Below are positions 1-8,732 of a DNA stretch of 64,000 nt, piece after piece (positions within the stretch are counted from its first letter, which is position 1; every line of letters starts with the position of its first letter). The DNA is from Planctomycetota bacterium (lineage in GTDB: Bacteria; Planctomycetota; B15-G4). Both the position numbers and the translations under genes were made by a program. Under the pieces are notes generated by a model that was not told where the DNA came from, did not search any database, and saw only the letters and a list, made by a program, of their open reading frames with translations. Location: NCBI GenBank assembly GCA_965248575.1, contig CBDFJQ010000002.1, positions 1,824,001 through 1,888,000 on the forward strand. Reading direction: 5' to 3'.

Positions 1-3000
1 CCATGCACCGTCCGGAAGAAGGGCGGCAGACGACCCATGGCATCGCGCGCCCGCACGGCCACCCCGTTGAAGTTCAACCACTTGGACACACCCAGGCTGG
101 AGCTGCCCAGGACGAGCGGAGACTTGCTGGGGTGCACCAACGGGAGCCGGCTGAGGGTCTCCACCGGGTCTACGATGAGCGCCCCTGTGTCTTCGTCCAT
201 GATCATCTTGGGGGTCCCGTCCGGCACCTTGAGATGCACGGAGTAGGGGATCGCCTCGCCTGCGTAGGCGGTGCCTGGATACCCCGGGAAGTCCGGGTCC
301 GAGCTCGGGTTGTTGATCTCCTTGAAGTTGGTCGGATTCCAACCGTTGTAGGTCTTCATCACGAGTTCAGGCTCGGGTTCCTGAACAACAGGCACCCCAC
401 CGGACATGGGGCCCGCGACCATCAAGGTGTCGGACCACAGCTGGCCCGAGCCGGCTGGGAACTCGTGAAGCAAGCCGTTCAGTCCCACCACGCCGTCCGT
501 GCTGGGGATCACCGGCGGGTACGCACCATTCAAGACGAAGAACCGGTCCCGCGGGGTCATGGGCCCCTGCGGGTCAAAGTGCCGGTAGTGCAGCATGTCG
601 ATGTACCGGTAGTCCTCCTGCAGGATCACCGTCGGCGCACCAAACTCAGGATGATCAGATTGCTTCGACTTGGCATCCCCTGACCACAGCCCTTGCTTGA
701 TGATGGCCTTCTGCCGGGCGAAGAGAAACGCGCCCTCTTCGATGTGAGGTAGCCCCGAAGCATCGCCGGAGTTGACTTGGATCAGGCCGAAGCCCCCCAG
801 CCCGCCGTCGCCGCGGTTGTGGTCATGGAAGAAGGCGACGAATTGGGTCGCTTGCGCCGCCAAGGTGCGCGCGTCGCGTCCAAAGCCACCCGAGACATCC
901 AGCGACGCACCCTGCAACGGGCCCGTTGGCGAATTCACCGCATCGATGAAGCCCGCCGAGATGTGGTCCGCGTCCGCTTCGATGCGCACCTGGCCCGCGG
1001 CCTGGACGATGATGGCGCCGCCACTGCCGCCTCCGCCCCCTCCGGTCCAGTTGCTGTTCTGGATCATCTCACCCCCGCCGCCGTGACCACCGCTGGCATC
1101 GACGTGTCCCGTGCGGCTGATGAGGATGTCACCGAAGCTGCGCAGCAGCACGGAGCCACCTCCGCCGCCGCCACCGCCGCCACGAGAGTCATACACACTC
1201 GGCGCCACGAACAGCGACCCCACCTGAAGCTTCGGGAAGTAGGGCGGAGCTGGGGGCGAGGGCAGGGGATTGCCCAGCACGTTGTTGCCCCAGATGCTGT
1301 GGCGCATGCTGTCGATGCGGGAGCCACCGCCTCCTCCGCCCTGGCCGCCGATCAGGACGCCCAGCTCGCCGCCCGGGCCGAAGAAGTCGTTGTCGGGGTC
1401 TCCGTCCTTGAACACGGCGTCACCCGGCACGGCCCCGGGCTGGATCACGTCGGGGTCACTGAGTGTTCCCAACATGTGCACGCACTGCGTGTGCTGTGCA
1501 CCGATCACCCCGGCCGCGACGGCCTCATCGTTGCCATAGAGCGCATCGTTGCGCTTGTCGTCCAGGGGACACTTGTCGAAGGGGAACCACGTGCTGTTGG
1601 ACTGAACGACGTACGGCCCACCGGAGCTGTGCGCCCGCCACCCCAGTTGGTAGAAGGAGCCCCCACCTCCGCCGCCGGGACGGTGGTGCTCCGTGCTGTC
1701 ACCATTGGTCAACTTGGGCAAACCGTTGACCGCGGCGTTGTAGCCCAGGGTGGACAATCCCCCGCGCCCCCCCACAGGTTCGAAGGTCACGGCACCCGAG
1801 GACTTCACCACCGGTGCAAGGCCATGGTCTCCCGTTTCCGGCGTGACGTAGTGCGCCAAGGTGCCGGGCCCCGACGGATCGAAGAGCGCTGGATGGGAAT
1901 CGCCCCCGCGCCCAGCTCCCGGGCCACCGGGCCCGCCTGCGATGGGCACGATGCCTGAGTCGAAAGCGCTGTCGCTGAAACCACTGGTCCCTGCTGCATC
2001 GATGAGACCGTGTAGCTCCAACGTCCGCGTCGCCGTGATCATGAGCGGCCGACTCCCGCGCGCCACGATGCGAACGCCTTCGGGGATGATCACGTCGCGG
2101 AACACGAAGTTTCCGCCCGCGATCGCGGTGGGCGTCGTAATCCCGGAGGTCGAGCCGTCTGCCAAGGGGAAGAGCTGGAAGTCGGTGTCGAGGAACACCA
2201 GGTGGTAGTTGGCTTTGCCGTTGTCGAGGTCGGGTTCGCCTTTGGAGCCGGAACTCCGGATGTACGAAAGGTTGGGCAAGTACTCGGGTTCGGCCAGGGG
2301 CAAGAAGTCGCCAAGCGGCATGGCGTCCGGAACGCCGACGGATGCCCGCAGGCCACCACTCTTTCCATTCCCTGATGCCAGGCTCACGGCCCATTCAGCG
2401 GGCGGGGCCAAACCAGTTGGCGAAGTGTCCTCGAAGTCGTCGTCGTCAAACTGTTCGAGGAAGACGTCGTCGATGGAAGCGTTCGGGCCCGCGAGCGCGT
2501 CGGCAGTGCGAATGCTCAACAGCTCGAGGCTGCCCCAGGCGTCCGCCAGTCCTTCGGGATCACTGTTGTAGGTGTTGACGCCGCCGAGGGATGTCAGCTG
2601 CACCCGCTGCATCACCCGCAGCTCGCGCCCTGGCGGCAGGACACCGCGCGGGCTCAAGCGCACGTCCGCTTGACCGCCTGAATTCGTGTCGAGACTCACA
2701 GCCAGATCGAGCTCCAGCCTGCCTACGGCCAAGGCCCGCGCGGGGCTCTCGCCATCGGGAAGCGTGCCGAGCGGATGTCCGAAAGCCGCGACGCCGGAAA
2801 CGGCCGTGCCCAGGTATCCCGAGAGCGGGTCGTAGCGATCGATGCGATCCAACGCACGATCCAAGGCAAGCAACTCCCGCTCGGAGCGGAAGACGACATC
2901 CACCACGCCGTCGCCGAGCGTCAACACGAGCTTGGCGGGGTCGCCGGAGTATGTGCCTGCCGAACCGTCAGCGAGGTGCAGCGGCTCCAGGAGGACGAGG

Positions 3001-4520
3001 TTCGGAGCTGCAGCCCCGCCCACCCGGGCCAAGGCGAACAGCTGCCCGGAGGGGGCTTGCGCAAGGTCCAAGACCTCCAAGCTTGGGTCGAAGACCTCGC
3101 TGCGGAACCCGTTCGTGCCATCGCCCACCGTGAGCGACAGGAGGCTCGGGGCTGCGGGCGAGATGCCGCCATGCGCCGCCCGCTGACGCACCACCGTGGG
3201 CAGCAGCTCGTACACACGGCGAGTTCCCCGGTCGAAGACCAGGAGGCGCCCGTCCAGCAAGCTGACCAGGCCGGTGAGATCCGACAGACCCGTATCCAAG
3301 ACGCCACCACCGCCTTCGGCCATGGCGGCGTAGGACGGATCGCCCAGCACATGGTCGACGACGGTCAGGAGGTCGCTGCCCCCGGCCACGGGTAGCACAC
3401 CGAACACGAGGTCCGGCTCAAGGGCCACGGCCAGGGTCGACGGCACCACACCCAGGTCCAGCTCGGGCAGCGGCAGGGCGCCCGAGCCATCGCCGTGGAG
3501 GAAGACATCCCCACCATCGATCTCGGGTGCGACACCATCCGTGACACCGGAGATCGCCGGGAAGGCTGCATGCACCCCAAAGGTGTTCACGGGGACCTCA
3601 TGAGCCACCAGCAGCTCGGTGCCCTGGGTGGTCAGGAAGAAGTTCGCTTCGACCAGTCCATCGCCGTCGAGATCCTTGCCCAGCAGATTCTCGGACGTCG
3701 GCAGGAGCTCATGGTCATAACTGAGCACGACTTCCCGGGGTCCACTTGGAAACAGTGCTTGCCCGGTGAGCAGGCTCACCGTCCCGAAGCTGGAGGGAGA
3801 GAAACCCACGAACCCATCGGCGGGCGCGGAGGAGACGAGGCTGGGCGCCAGTTCGTCCCCCGCCTTGGGGTAGTAGAGTTCGGTGTTGCTGGTGGTGCCG
3901 AAACTCACCTCGCCACCCGGCCCCTGCAGATTCGTGATCTTGTTGCCGCTGGCTGTCACGCGAGCGGTGTACAGCGAGTTGGGCAGGAGGCCGGGCTGCG
4001 CATCGGCCGGTGCGGAGACCGTGGCCTGCAGCGGAGCCGTGGGCACCGACGGACGGAACTCCACGGTGTTCCCCTGCTTCAGGTAGCTGCCCTTGGCCAG
4101 GATGATCAGCGGCAAGGGCGGTGCCTGCGCCGCGGGGCTGACGGTCTGCGGCGTCGTGAAGACGGGCAAGGTGTTGCTGTTGAAAGGACCGTCGGGCTCC
4201 CCGTCGAAGCGGAAGACGATGAGCTGGTTCAGCGGCGCACCGAGGGTGGCCGGTTGGGCATTCAGATCCTCGACGGGTGGTTGCGTTCCCAACACGCCGA
4301 AGATGTCCTGGAAGGCGATGTCCACGAGCGAGATCGACGCGCCCGCACCCGTCTTGGGACCGGGGCCGCCACCACCACCGCCGCCGCCGCCACCGCCGCA
4401 GCTCACCGCAAGCGGGAGCAGCAACAAGGCCACCCCGACGAACCAACAGGCACGGCGGCCCGTGCTCACGACACTCGGCTCGCCAGCCTGGACCTGCAGG
4501 GGGCCATTCGGTCTGGACAT
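1..4520 (-). CDS. Large secreted Gly-rich lipoprotein with probable Ig-like domain(s); 3'-partial (>1500 aa, runs off the left edge)
   Basis: Hand translation from ATG 4520 (or GTG 4469) gives ...CWFVGVALLLLPLAVSC-GGGGGGGGGGG, a lipobox followed by a poly-Gly linker. The frame is open in every segment translated, down to position 1 (...RLPPFFRTVH). The ORF track lists no closed minus-strand ORF in this frame, consistent with no stop. Repeated GGGGGGS/GGQGGGGG motifs. Confidence 0.8.
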   Translation of the reverse strand, partial: MSRPNGPLQVQAGEPSVVSTGRRACWFVGVALLLLPLAVSCGGGGGGGGGGGPGPKTGAGASISLVDIAFQDIFGVLGTQPPVEDLNAQPATLGAPLNQLIVFRFDGEPDGPFNSNTLPVFTTPQTVSPAAQAPPLPLIILAKGSYLKQGNTVEFRPSVPTAPLQATVSAPADAQPGLLPNSLYTARVTASGNKITNLQGPGGEVSFGTTSNTELYYPKAGDELAPSLVSSAPADGFVGFSPSSFGTVSLLTGQALFPSGPREVVLSYDHELLPTSENLLGKDLDGDGLVEANFFLTTQGTELLVAHEVPVNTFGVHAAFPAISGVTDGVAPEIDGGDVFLHGDGSGALPLPELDLGVVPSTLAVALEPDLVFGVLPVAGGSDLLTVVDHVLGDPSYAAMAEGGGGVLDTGLSDLTGLVSLLDGRLLVFDRGTRRVYELLPTVVRQRAAHGGISPAAPSLLSLTVGDGTNGFRSEVFDPSLEVLDLAQAPSGQLFALARVGGAAAPNLVLLEPLHLADGSAGTYSGDPAKLVLTLGDGVVDVVFRSERELLALDRALDRIDRYDPLSGYLGTAVSGVAAFGHPLGTLPDGESPARALAVGRLELDLAVSLDTNSGGQADVRLSPRGVLPPGRELRVMQRVQLTSLGGVNTYNSDPEGLADAWGSLELLSIRTADALAGPNASIDDVFLEQFDDDDFEDTSPTGLAPPAEWAVSLASGNGKSGGLRASVGVPDAMPLGDFLPLAEPEYLPNLSYIRSSGSKGEPDLDNGKANYHLVFLDTDFQLFPLADGSTSGITTPTAIAGGNFVFRDVIIPEGVRIVARGSRPLMITATRTLELHGLIDAAGTSGFSDSAFDSGIVPIAGGPGGPGAGRGGDSHPALFDPSGPGTLAHYVTPETGDHGLAPVVKSSGAVTFEPVGGRGGLSTLGYNAAVNGLPKLTNGDSTEHHRPGGGGGGSFYQLGWRAHSSGGPYVVQSNSTWFPFDKCPLDDKRNDALYGNDEAVAAGVIGAQHTQCVHMLGTLSDPDVIQPGAVPGDAVFKDGDPDNDFFGPGGELGVLIGGQGGGGGGSRIDSMRHSIWGNNVLGNPLPSPPAPPYFPKLQVGSLFVAPSVYDSRGGGGGGGGGSVLLRSFGDILISRTGHVDASGGHGGGGEMIQNSNWTGGGGGGSGGAIIVQAAGQVRIEADADHISAGFIDAVNSPTGPLQGASLDVSGGFGRDARTLAAQATQFVAFFHDHNRGDGGLGGFGLIQVNSGDASGLPHIEEGAFLFARQKAIIKQGLWSGDAKSKQSDHPEFGAPTVILQEDYRYIDMLHYRHFDPQGPMTPRDRFFVLNGAYPPVIPSTDGVVGLNGLLHEFPAGSGQLWSDTLMVAGPMSGGVPVVQEPEPELVMKTYNGWNPTNFKEINNPSSDPDFPGYPGTAYAGEAIPYSVHLKVPDGTPKMIMDEDTGALIVDPVETLSRLPLVHPSKSPLVLGSSSLGVSKWLNFNGVAVRARDAMGRLPPFFRTVH

Positions 4521-4734
4521 TCCGACTCTCGGGGTTCGCAGCACATCACATCCGGGGGATCCGACGAGCCCACCCGCGGCTTCCTTTCGGAATCTCCGGG
4601 TGCTCTGGTCTGGAACCTGAATCAGGTGGGGCTGTGGGGGCTTCGGGGCTCTCGACAGCAGTCCTGGACAGCTTTCCTTCGGGGGCTTCAGTCTAGCGCA
4701 CCCATGACGTCGCCGAGACCTACAGCCTGACGAT

Positions 4735-7038
4735 TCAGCCCGGCTCGGGGGCCGGATTCGCAGGACCAGTGCCGGGCGCTGCAGCGTCCCCGTCCGACGC
4801 ACGCTCCCTGGCCGCCTCCAGGGCGTCCTGGGCCTCTTTCGCCCGTTCCAGGAACTGCTCGGTATGAGCCGGGTCGACGGTCTTGCAGGCCTCTGCAGCC
4901 GCCTGCGAGATGGCCCGATAGGCCGGATCCCCTGTGCGATCCGCGAATTCAGCCGCGAGCAGAACGAGGCGCAGCAAATGGCGCATGACGAGCCCCTCGT
5001 TCTTGGAGAGGTCGCGCGAGGCCACGAAGCGGGCAAAGTCGCCCCCGCCCTCGTTGATTCCGCCAGCCACCCACTTCGTCTGGACCCGCATTTCCTCGGG
5101 GTAGGGCAGCTCTGCCTCGAAGGCGATCTTCAGCATCTCGACGAATGTCGGGGGCTTCTCCTCCTCTTCCTCCCAAGGCGAACGATCTCGCGGATCCGGC
5201 TCGGGCTCAGCCGCGTCAGCGCTCGGTTCCTTCCGGGCCACCACGACACCCATGGCCACCATGAGCGGCGCCAAGACCTCCTGCTCCAGCGGTCCGGTTT
5301 CCATGTCCACGGGCGTTTCCGCCCGCTTGGCAATTCGCCAAGGCAGCTCGAGCAGGCCTTCCAAGGCCAGGAGCTTCTCCGCGTCACTGGCGACGGCGAG
5401 TTGCTTGGCCAGCCAGGCGCCGAAGAGCGGGTCGACGCTGCGGAAACTGAGCAGGTCCTCGATGGACGGGTCCACCAACACGCGGTCTTCGCCTTCCTGC
5501 TCAGAACGCTTCAGGTATCCGAAGATGGCGAGGTTGTCGACCATGGCATCCAGTTGCTTCTCGAAGAACACCAACTTCTCAGCGCTGTTGAAGCGCTTCG
5601 CCAAGAACGTCCGTACCTTCGAGAGGTCGCCGCTGCGCGTCAGCAGGTGGACCAGGAACCGATAGGGAATCATGGAACTGCTGCGCAAGTTCGCAGGCAA
5701 GGCCGCCACCAATTTGTCGAACTGGCCTTCTGTCCAATACTGCTCGGTCTTCCTACGTGAAGGACGCTTGCGCTCCAAGGCCTTGCGCGCGCGCAGCATG
5801 GTCGGGTCCTTGGCCGTGGCCGGGATCTGCTCGTACTTCTCTTTCCAGCGCAGGATCTTGACGTCATCCTCGTGAGCGATGGCGTACACGAAGCCCCGGT
5901 CATCGAACTGCGGGCGCCCCGCCCGACCGAACATCTGGTGGGCACCGGAGGCCGGCAGCACGCGTTTCTCGCGCGGCTTCCCCTTCAGCAGGCTCTTCAG
6001 CACCACGGAGCGCGCGGGCAGGTTCACACCAGCAGCGAGGGTCTCCGTGCAGACCACCAAGGGGATCAAGCGCTCCGTGAACAAGCGCTCCACGAGGTCC
6101 TTGTAGCGCGGCAACAGGCCGGCGTGGTGCACGCCTACACCCCGGATCAGCATCATGCGCAGCTTGGCGGAGATGCCCTTCTTCATGTCCTCGCCCCGCT
6201 CGGCGATCACCTCTTCGATGCGCGCACGGGTCTCCTTGCTGATGAGCGGCAAGCCCTTGAGGCGCTCCGCCATCTCCCAACATTCGTCGCGCGAGAAACA
6301 GAACACGAGCGCCGGCACCCGGGCGTCGTCCCCTGTCCCCGCTGCCATCTCCACCAACTGCTCGGTGAGCAGCTTGTCTTCTACCCACTCGTACTCGAGC
6401 GGCACCTTGCGGTCCTGCGTCTGGACGTAGGTCAGCGTGCGGCCGTGCTTCTCCCGCAACCAGATCACGAAGTCCACGGCATTGCCGACCGTGGCCGAGA
6501 GCAGCAGCAAGCGCACGTGCTCCGGCAGCAGCACCAGGGAGAGTTCCCAGACGACACCCCGCTCCCGGTCGTTGAAGTAGTGGAACTCGTCCATCACCAC
6601 GGCCGACACATCGTCGAAGCACTCGTCCTCGGACAGCAGGTGGTTGAGCAGGATCTCGGCCACCACCACCTTGATCGGCGCCTCGGGGTTCACCTTGCGG
6701 TTGCCCGTGAGCAGGCCGATGGATTCCCGGGGGTAGCCCCAGGCCTCTGCCCGGTCCTGGAGCTCGGTCAGCTTCTGGTCCGTGAGGGCGATGAGCGGCG
6801 TGGTGTAGTACATCCGCGTACCGGTCTGGAGCGCCTCGAAGACCGCCGTTTCCGCGATCAGGGTCTTGCCCGTGCCGGTGGGCGCGGTGATCAGCATGCC
6901 CCCGGTGCACTCGTACCAGGCGAGCACCGCCTCTTCCTGGAAGGGATAGAGGTCAAAGGGCACGGCGTCGATGAACGCCTCACAGATCGCATCGCGGTCA
7001 GGGGCGTTGTCGGTCATGGGCGAAGGGTAGCAGGCCAC
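4735..7038 (-). CDS. Ski2/HelY-like DEAD/DEAH-box helicase (start may be ATG 7017, MTDNAP)
   Basis: APTGTGKT Walker A, MDEFH motif II, LSAT motif III, GVHHAG, TLAAGVNLPAR, QMFGRAGRPQFD motif VI. Confidence 0.92.
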   Translation of the reverse strand: MACYPSPMTDNAPDRDAICEAFIDAVPFDLYPFQEEAVLAWYECTGGMLITAPTGTGKTLIAETAVFEALQTGTRMYYTTPLIALTDQKLTELQDRAEAWGYPRESIGLLTGNRKVNPEAPIKVVVAEILLNHLLSEDECFDDVSAVVMDEFHYFNDRERGVVWELSLVLLPEHVRLLLLSATVGNAVDFVIWLREKHGRTLTYVQTQDRKVPLEYEWVEDKLLTEQLVEMAAGTGDDARVPALVFCFSRDECWEMAERLKGLPLISKETRARIEEVIAERGEDMKKGISAKLRMMLIRGVGVHHAGLLPRYKDLVERLFTERLIPLVVCTETLAAGVNLPARSVVLKSLLKGKPREKRVLPASGAHQMFGRAGRPQFDDRGFVYAIAHEDDVKILRWKEKYEQIPATAKDPTMLRARKALERKRPSRRKTEQYWTEGQFDKLVAALPANLRSSSMIPYRFLVHLLTRSGDLSKVRTFLAKRFNSAEKLVFFEKQLDAMVDNLAIFGYLKRSEQEGEDRVLVDPSIEDLLSFRSVDPLFGAWLAKQLAVASDAEKLLALEGLLELPWRIAKRAETPVDMETGPLEQEVLAPLMVAMGVVVARKEPSADAAEPEPDPRDRSPWEEEEEKPPTFVEMLKIAFEAELPYPEEMRVQTKWVAGGINEGGGDFARFVASRDLSKNEGLVMRHLLRLVLLAAEFADRTGDPAYRAISQAAAEACKTVDPAHTEQFLERAKEAQDALEAARERASDGDAAAPGTGPANPAPEPG

Positions 7039-7079
7039 CCTGCCCGTCGTCCCCCCGCGTTGCTACGATCCTCGACCCC

Positions 7080-7814
7080 ATGCCCAACGCCCTGCGTATC
7101 GCCATGTGGTCGGGACCTCGCAACGTCTCCACCGCGCTGTTGCGCTCCTTCGGGAGCCGTGCGGACACCGTCGTGTGCGACGAACCGTTCTACGCCCATT
7201 GGCTGCGGGAGACGGGCACCCCTCACCCGGGCTCCGAGCAGATTCAGCGTGTCCACGAAACAGACTGGCAGCGCGTCTCGAAACAGCTCACTGCGCGCCT
7301 CCCTGCAGGCAAATCGGTCTTCTACCAGAAACACATGGCGCACCACCTGCTGCCCGAGCGAGAGCGCAGTTGGATGGCGGGCATGAACCACGCGTTCCTG
7401 ATCCGGGAACCCCGCGCGATGCTCGCGTCGCTGTGCGAAGTCGTTCCCCAGCCGAGCCTGCTGGACACAGGGCTGCCGCAGCAGGTCCAGCTCTTCGAGC
7501 AGCTCTTGGCCCAAGGCGCCACGCCGCCGGTCATCGACAGCGCGGATCTCCTGCGCCAACCGGGCCCCATGCTGCGTGCGCTGTGCGAACGGCTGAACCT
7601 GAGCTACGACCCGAGCATGCTGACCTGGGAGACTGGCCCCCGGGACACCGACGGCTGCTGGTCCGTGCACTGGTACGCCTCCGTCATGGCGTCCACGGGC
7701 TTCGAGCCGTACAGACCGAGCCGAAAGCCCTTGCCCCGAAGCCTCGCCCCCCTGGCCGACGCCTGCGAGCCTCTCTACCAGAGCTTGTTCAACCATCGCC
7801 TCGTCCCGGAGTAG
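7080..7814 (+). CDS. Sulfotransferase-like protein (Sulfotransfer_5 type)
   Basis: RIAMWSGPRNVSTALLRSF, DEPFYA, QKHMAHH, FLIREP and DGCWSVHWY..V..STGF are typical of this family. Confidence 0.85.
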   Translation: MPNALRIAMWSGPRNVSTALLRSFGSRADTVVCDEPFYAHWLRETGTPHPGSEQIQRVHETDWQRVSKQLTARLPAGKSVFYQKHMAHHLLPERERSWMAGMNHAFLIREPRAMLASLCEVVPQPSLLDTGLPQQVQLFEQLLAQGATPPVIDSADLLRQPGPMLRALCERLNLSYDPSMLTWETGPRDTDGCWSVHWYASVMASTGFEPYRPSRKPLPRSLAPLADACEPLYQSLFNHRLVPE

Positions 7815-7820
7815 GACACC

Positions 7821-8732
7821 ATGTTGCAGACCTTCGACGAGCGGAACCGGCACCTGCTGGTGAACATCAACGGGGTGCTGACCCATCGCGACGAGGCACG
7901 CATCAGCCCCTTCGATTCGTCCGTTCAGGGCGGCGACGCCGTGTGGGAGGGCCTGCGGGTCTATGAAGGGCGCATCTTCAAGCTAGAGCAGCACCTGCAG
8001 AGGTTGCGCCATTCGGCACTCGCCCTGGCCTTCAGCCCCATCCCCTCTCGGGATGCGCTCGTGAAGGAGATCCGTCGCACGCTGGCCGCCAACTCCATGC
8101 GCGATGGCGTCCACATCCGGCTGACGCTCACGCGCGGCGAGAAGATCACGAGCGGCATGGACCCGCGCCTCAACCAGTCCGGGCCGACCCTGATCGTGCT
8201 CGCGGAATACAAGCAACCGGTCTACGACAAGTCGGGGTTGCGCCTCATCACGGCCTCCGTGCGACGACCTGGCCCCGACGTCATGGACCCGAAGATCCAC
8301 CACGCCAACCTGATCCCGTCCATCCTCGCCAAGATCGAGGCCAACACGGCCGGGGCCGACGACGCCATGGTCCTCGACGGCAACGGCTTCGTGGCCGAGA
8401 CGAATGCGACACACCTCTTCCTGGTGACGGACGAGGGCCTGCTCACGAGCCGCACCGTGGCGTGTCCCGAGGGCATCACCAGGGCCACGGTCTTGGAGAT
8501 CTGCGATGACCTGGGGCTGCGTTGCCAGGTGAAGGACATCAGCCAGGCGGAGGTCTACCGTGCGGACGAGGTCTTCTGCACCGGCACCATGGGCGAGCTC
8601 GCGCCCGTCGTCGAAGTGGATGGCCGCCCCATCGGCAACGGCACCCCGGGCCCCATGACGAGCCGCTTGAGTACGGCCTACTCGGAGCGCACCGCCTGCG
8701 AGGGCGACCTGGTGGTGGAAGACGCCCGGTGA
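7821..8732 (+). CDS. PLP-dependent aminotransferase class IV (BCAT-like)
   Basis: GDAVWEGLRVY, DPKIHHANL (PLP Lys), AETNATHLF, GITRATV, ADEVFCTGTMGE. Confidence 0.92.
   Translation: MLQTFDERNRHLLVNINGVLTHRDEARISPFDSSVQGGDAVWEGLRVYEGRIFKLEQHLQRLRHSALALAFSPIPSRDALVKEIRRTLAANSMRDGVHIRLTLTRGEKITSGMDPRLNQSGPTLIVLAEYKQPVYDKSGLRLITASVRRPGPDVMDPKIHHANLIPSILAKIEANTAGADDAMVLDGNGFVAETNATHLFLVTDEGLLTSRTVACPEGITRATVLEICDDLGLRCQVKDISQAEVYRADEVFCTGTMGELAPVVEVDGRPIGNGTPGPMTSRLSTAYSERTACEGDLVVEDAR

Noticed and set aside
3..4730. Long plus-strand ORFs (3-683, 777-1958, 3495-4730 and others)
   Set aside because: Antisense shadows of the large minus-strand lipoprotein; no recognisable motifs.
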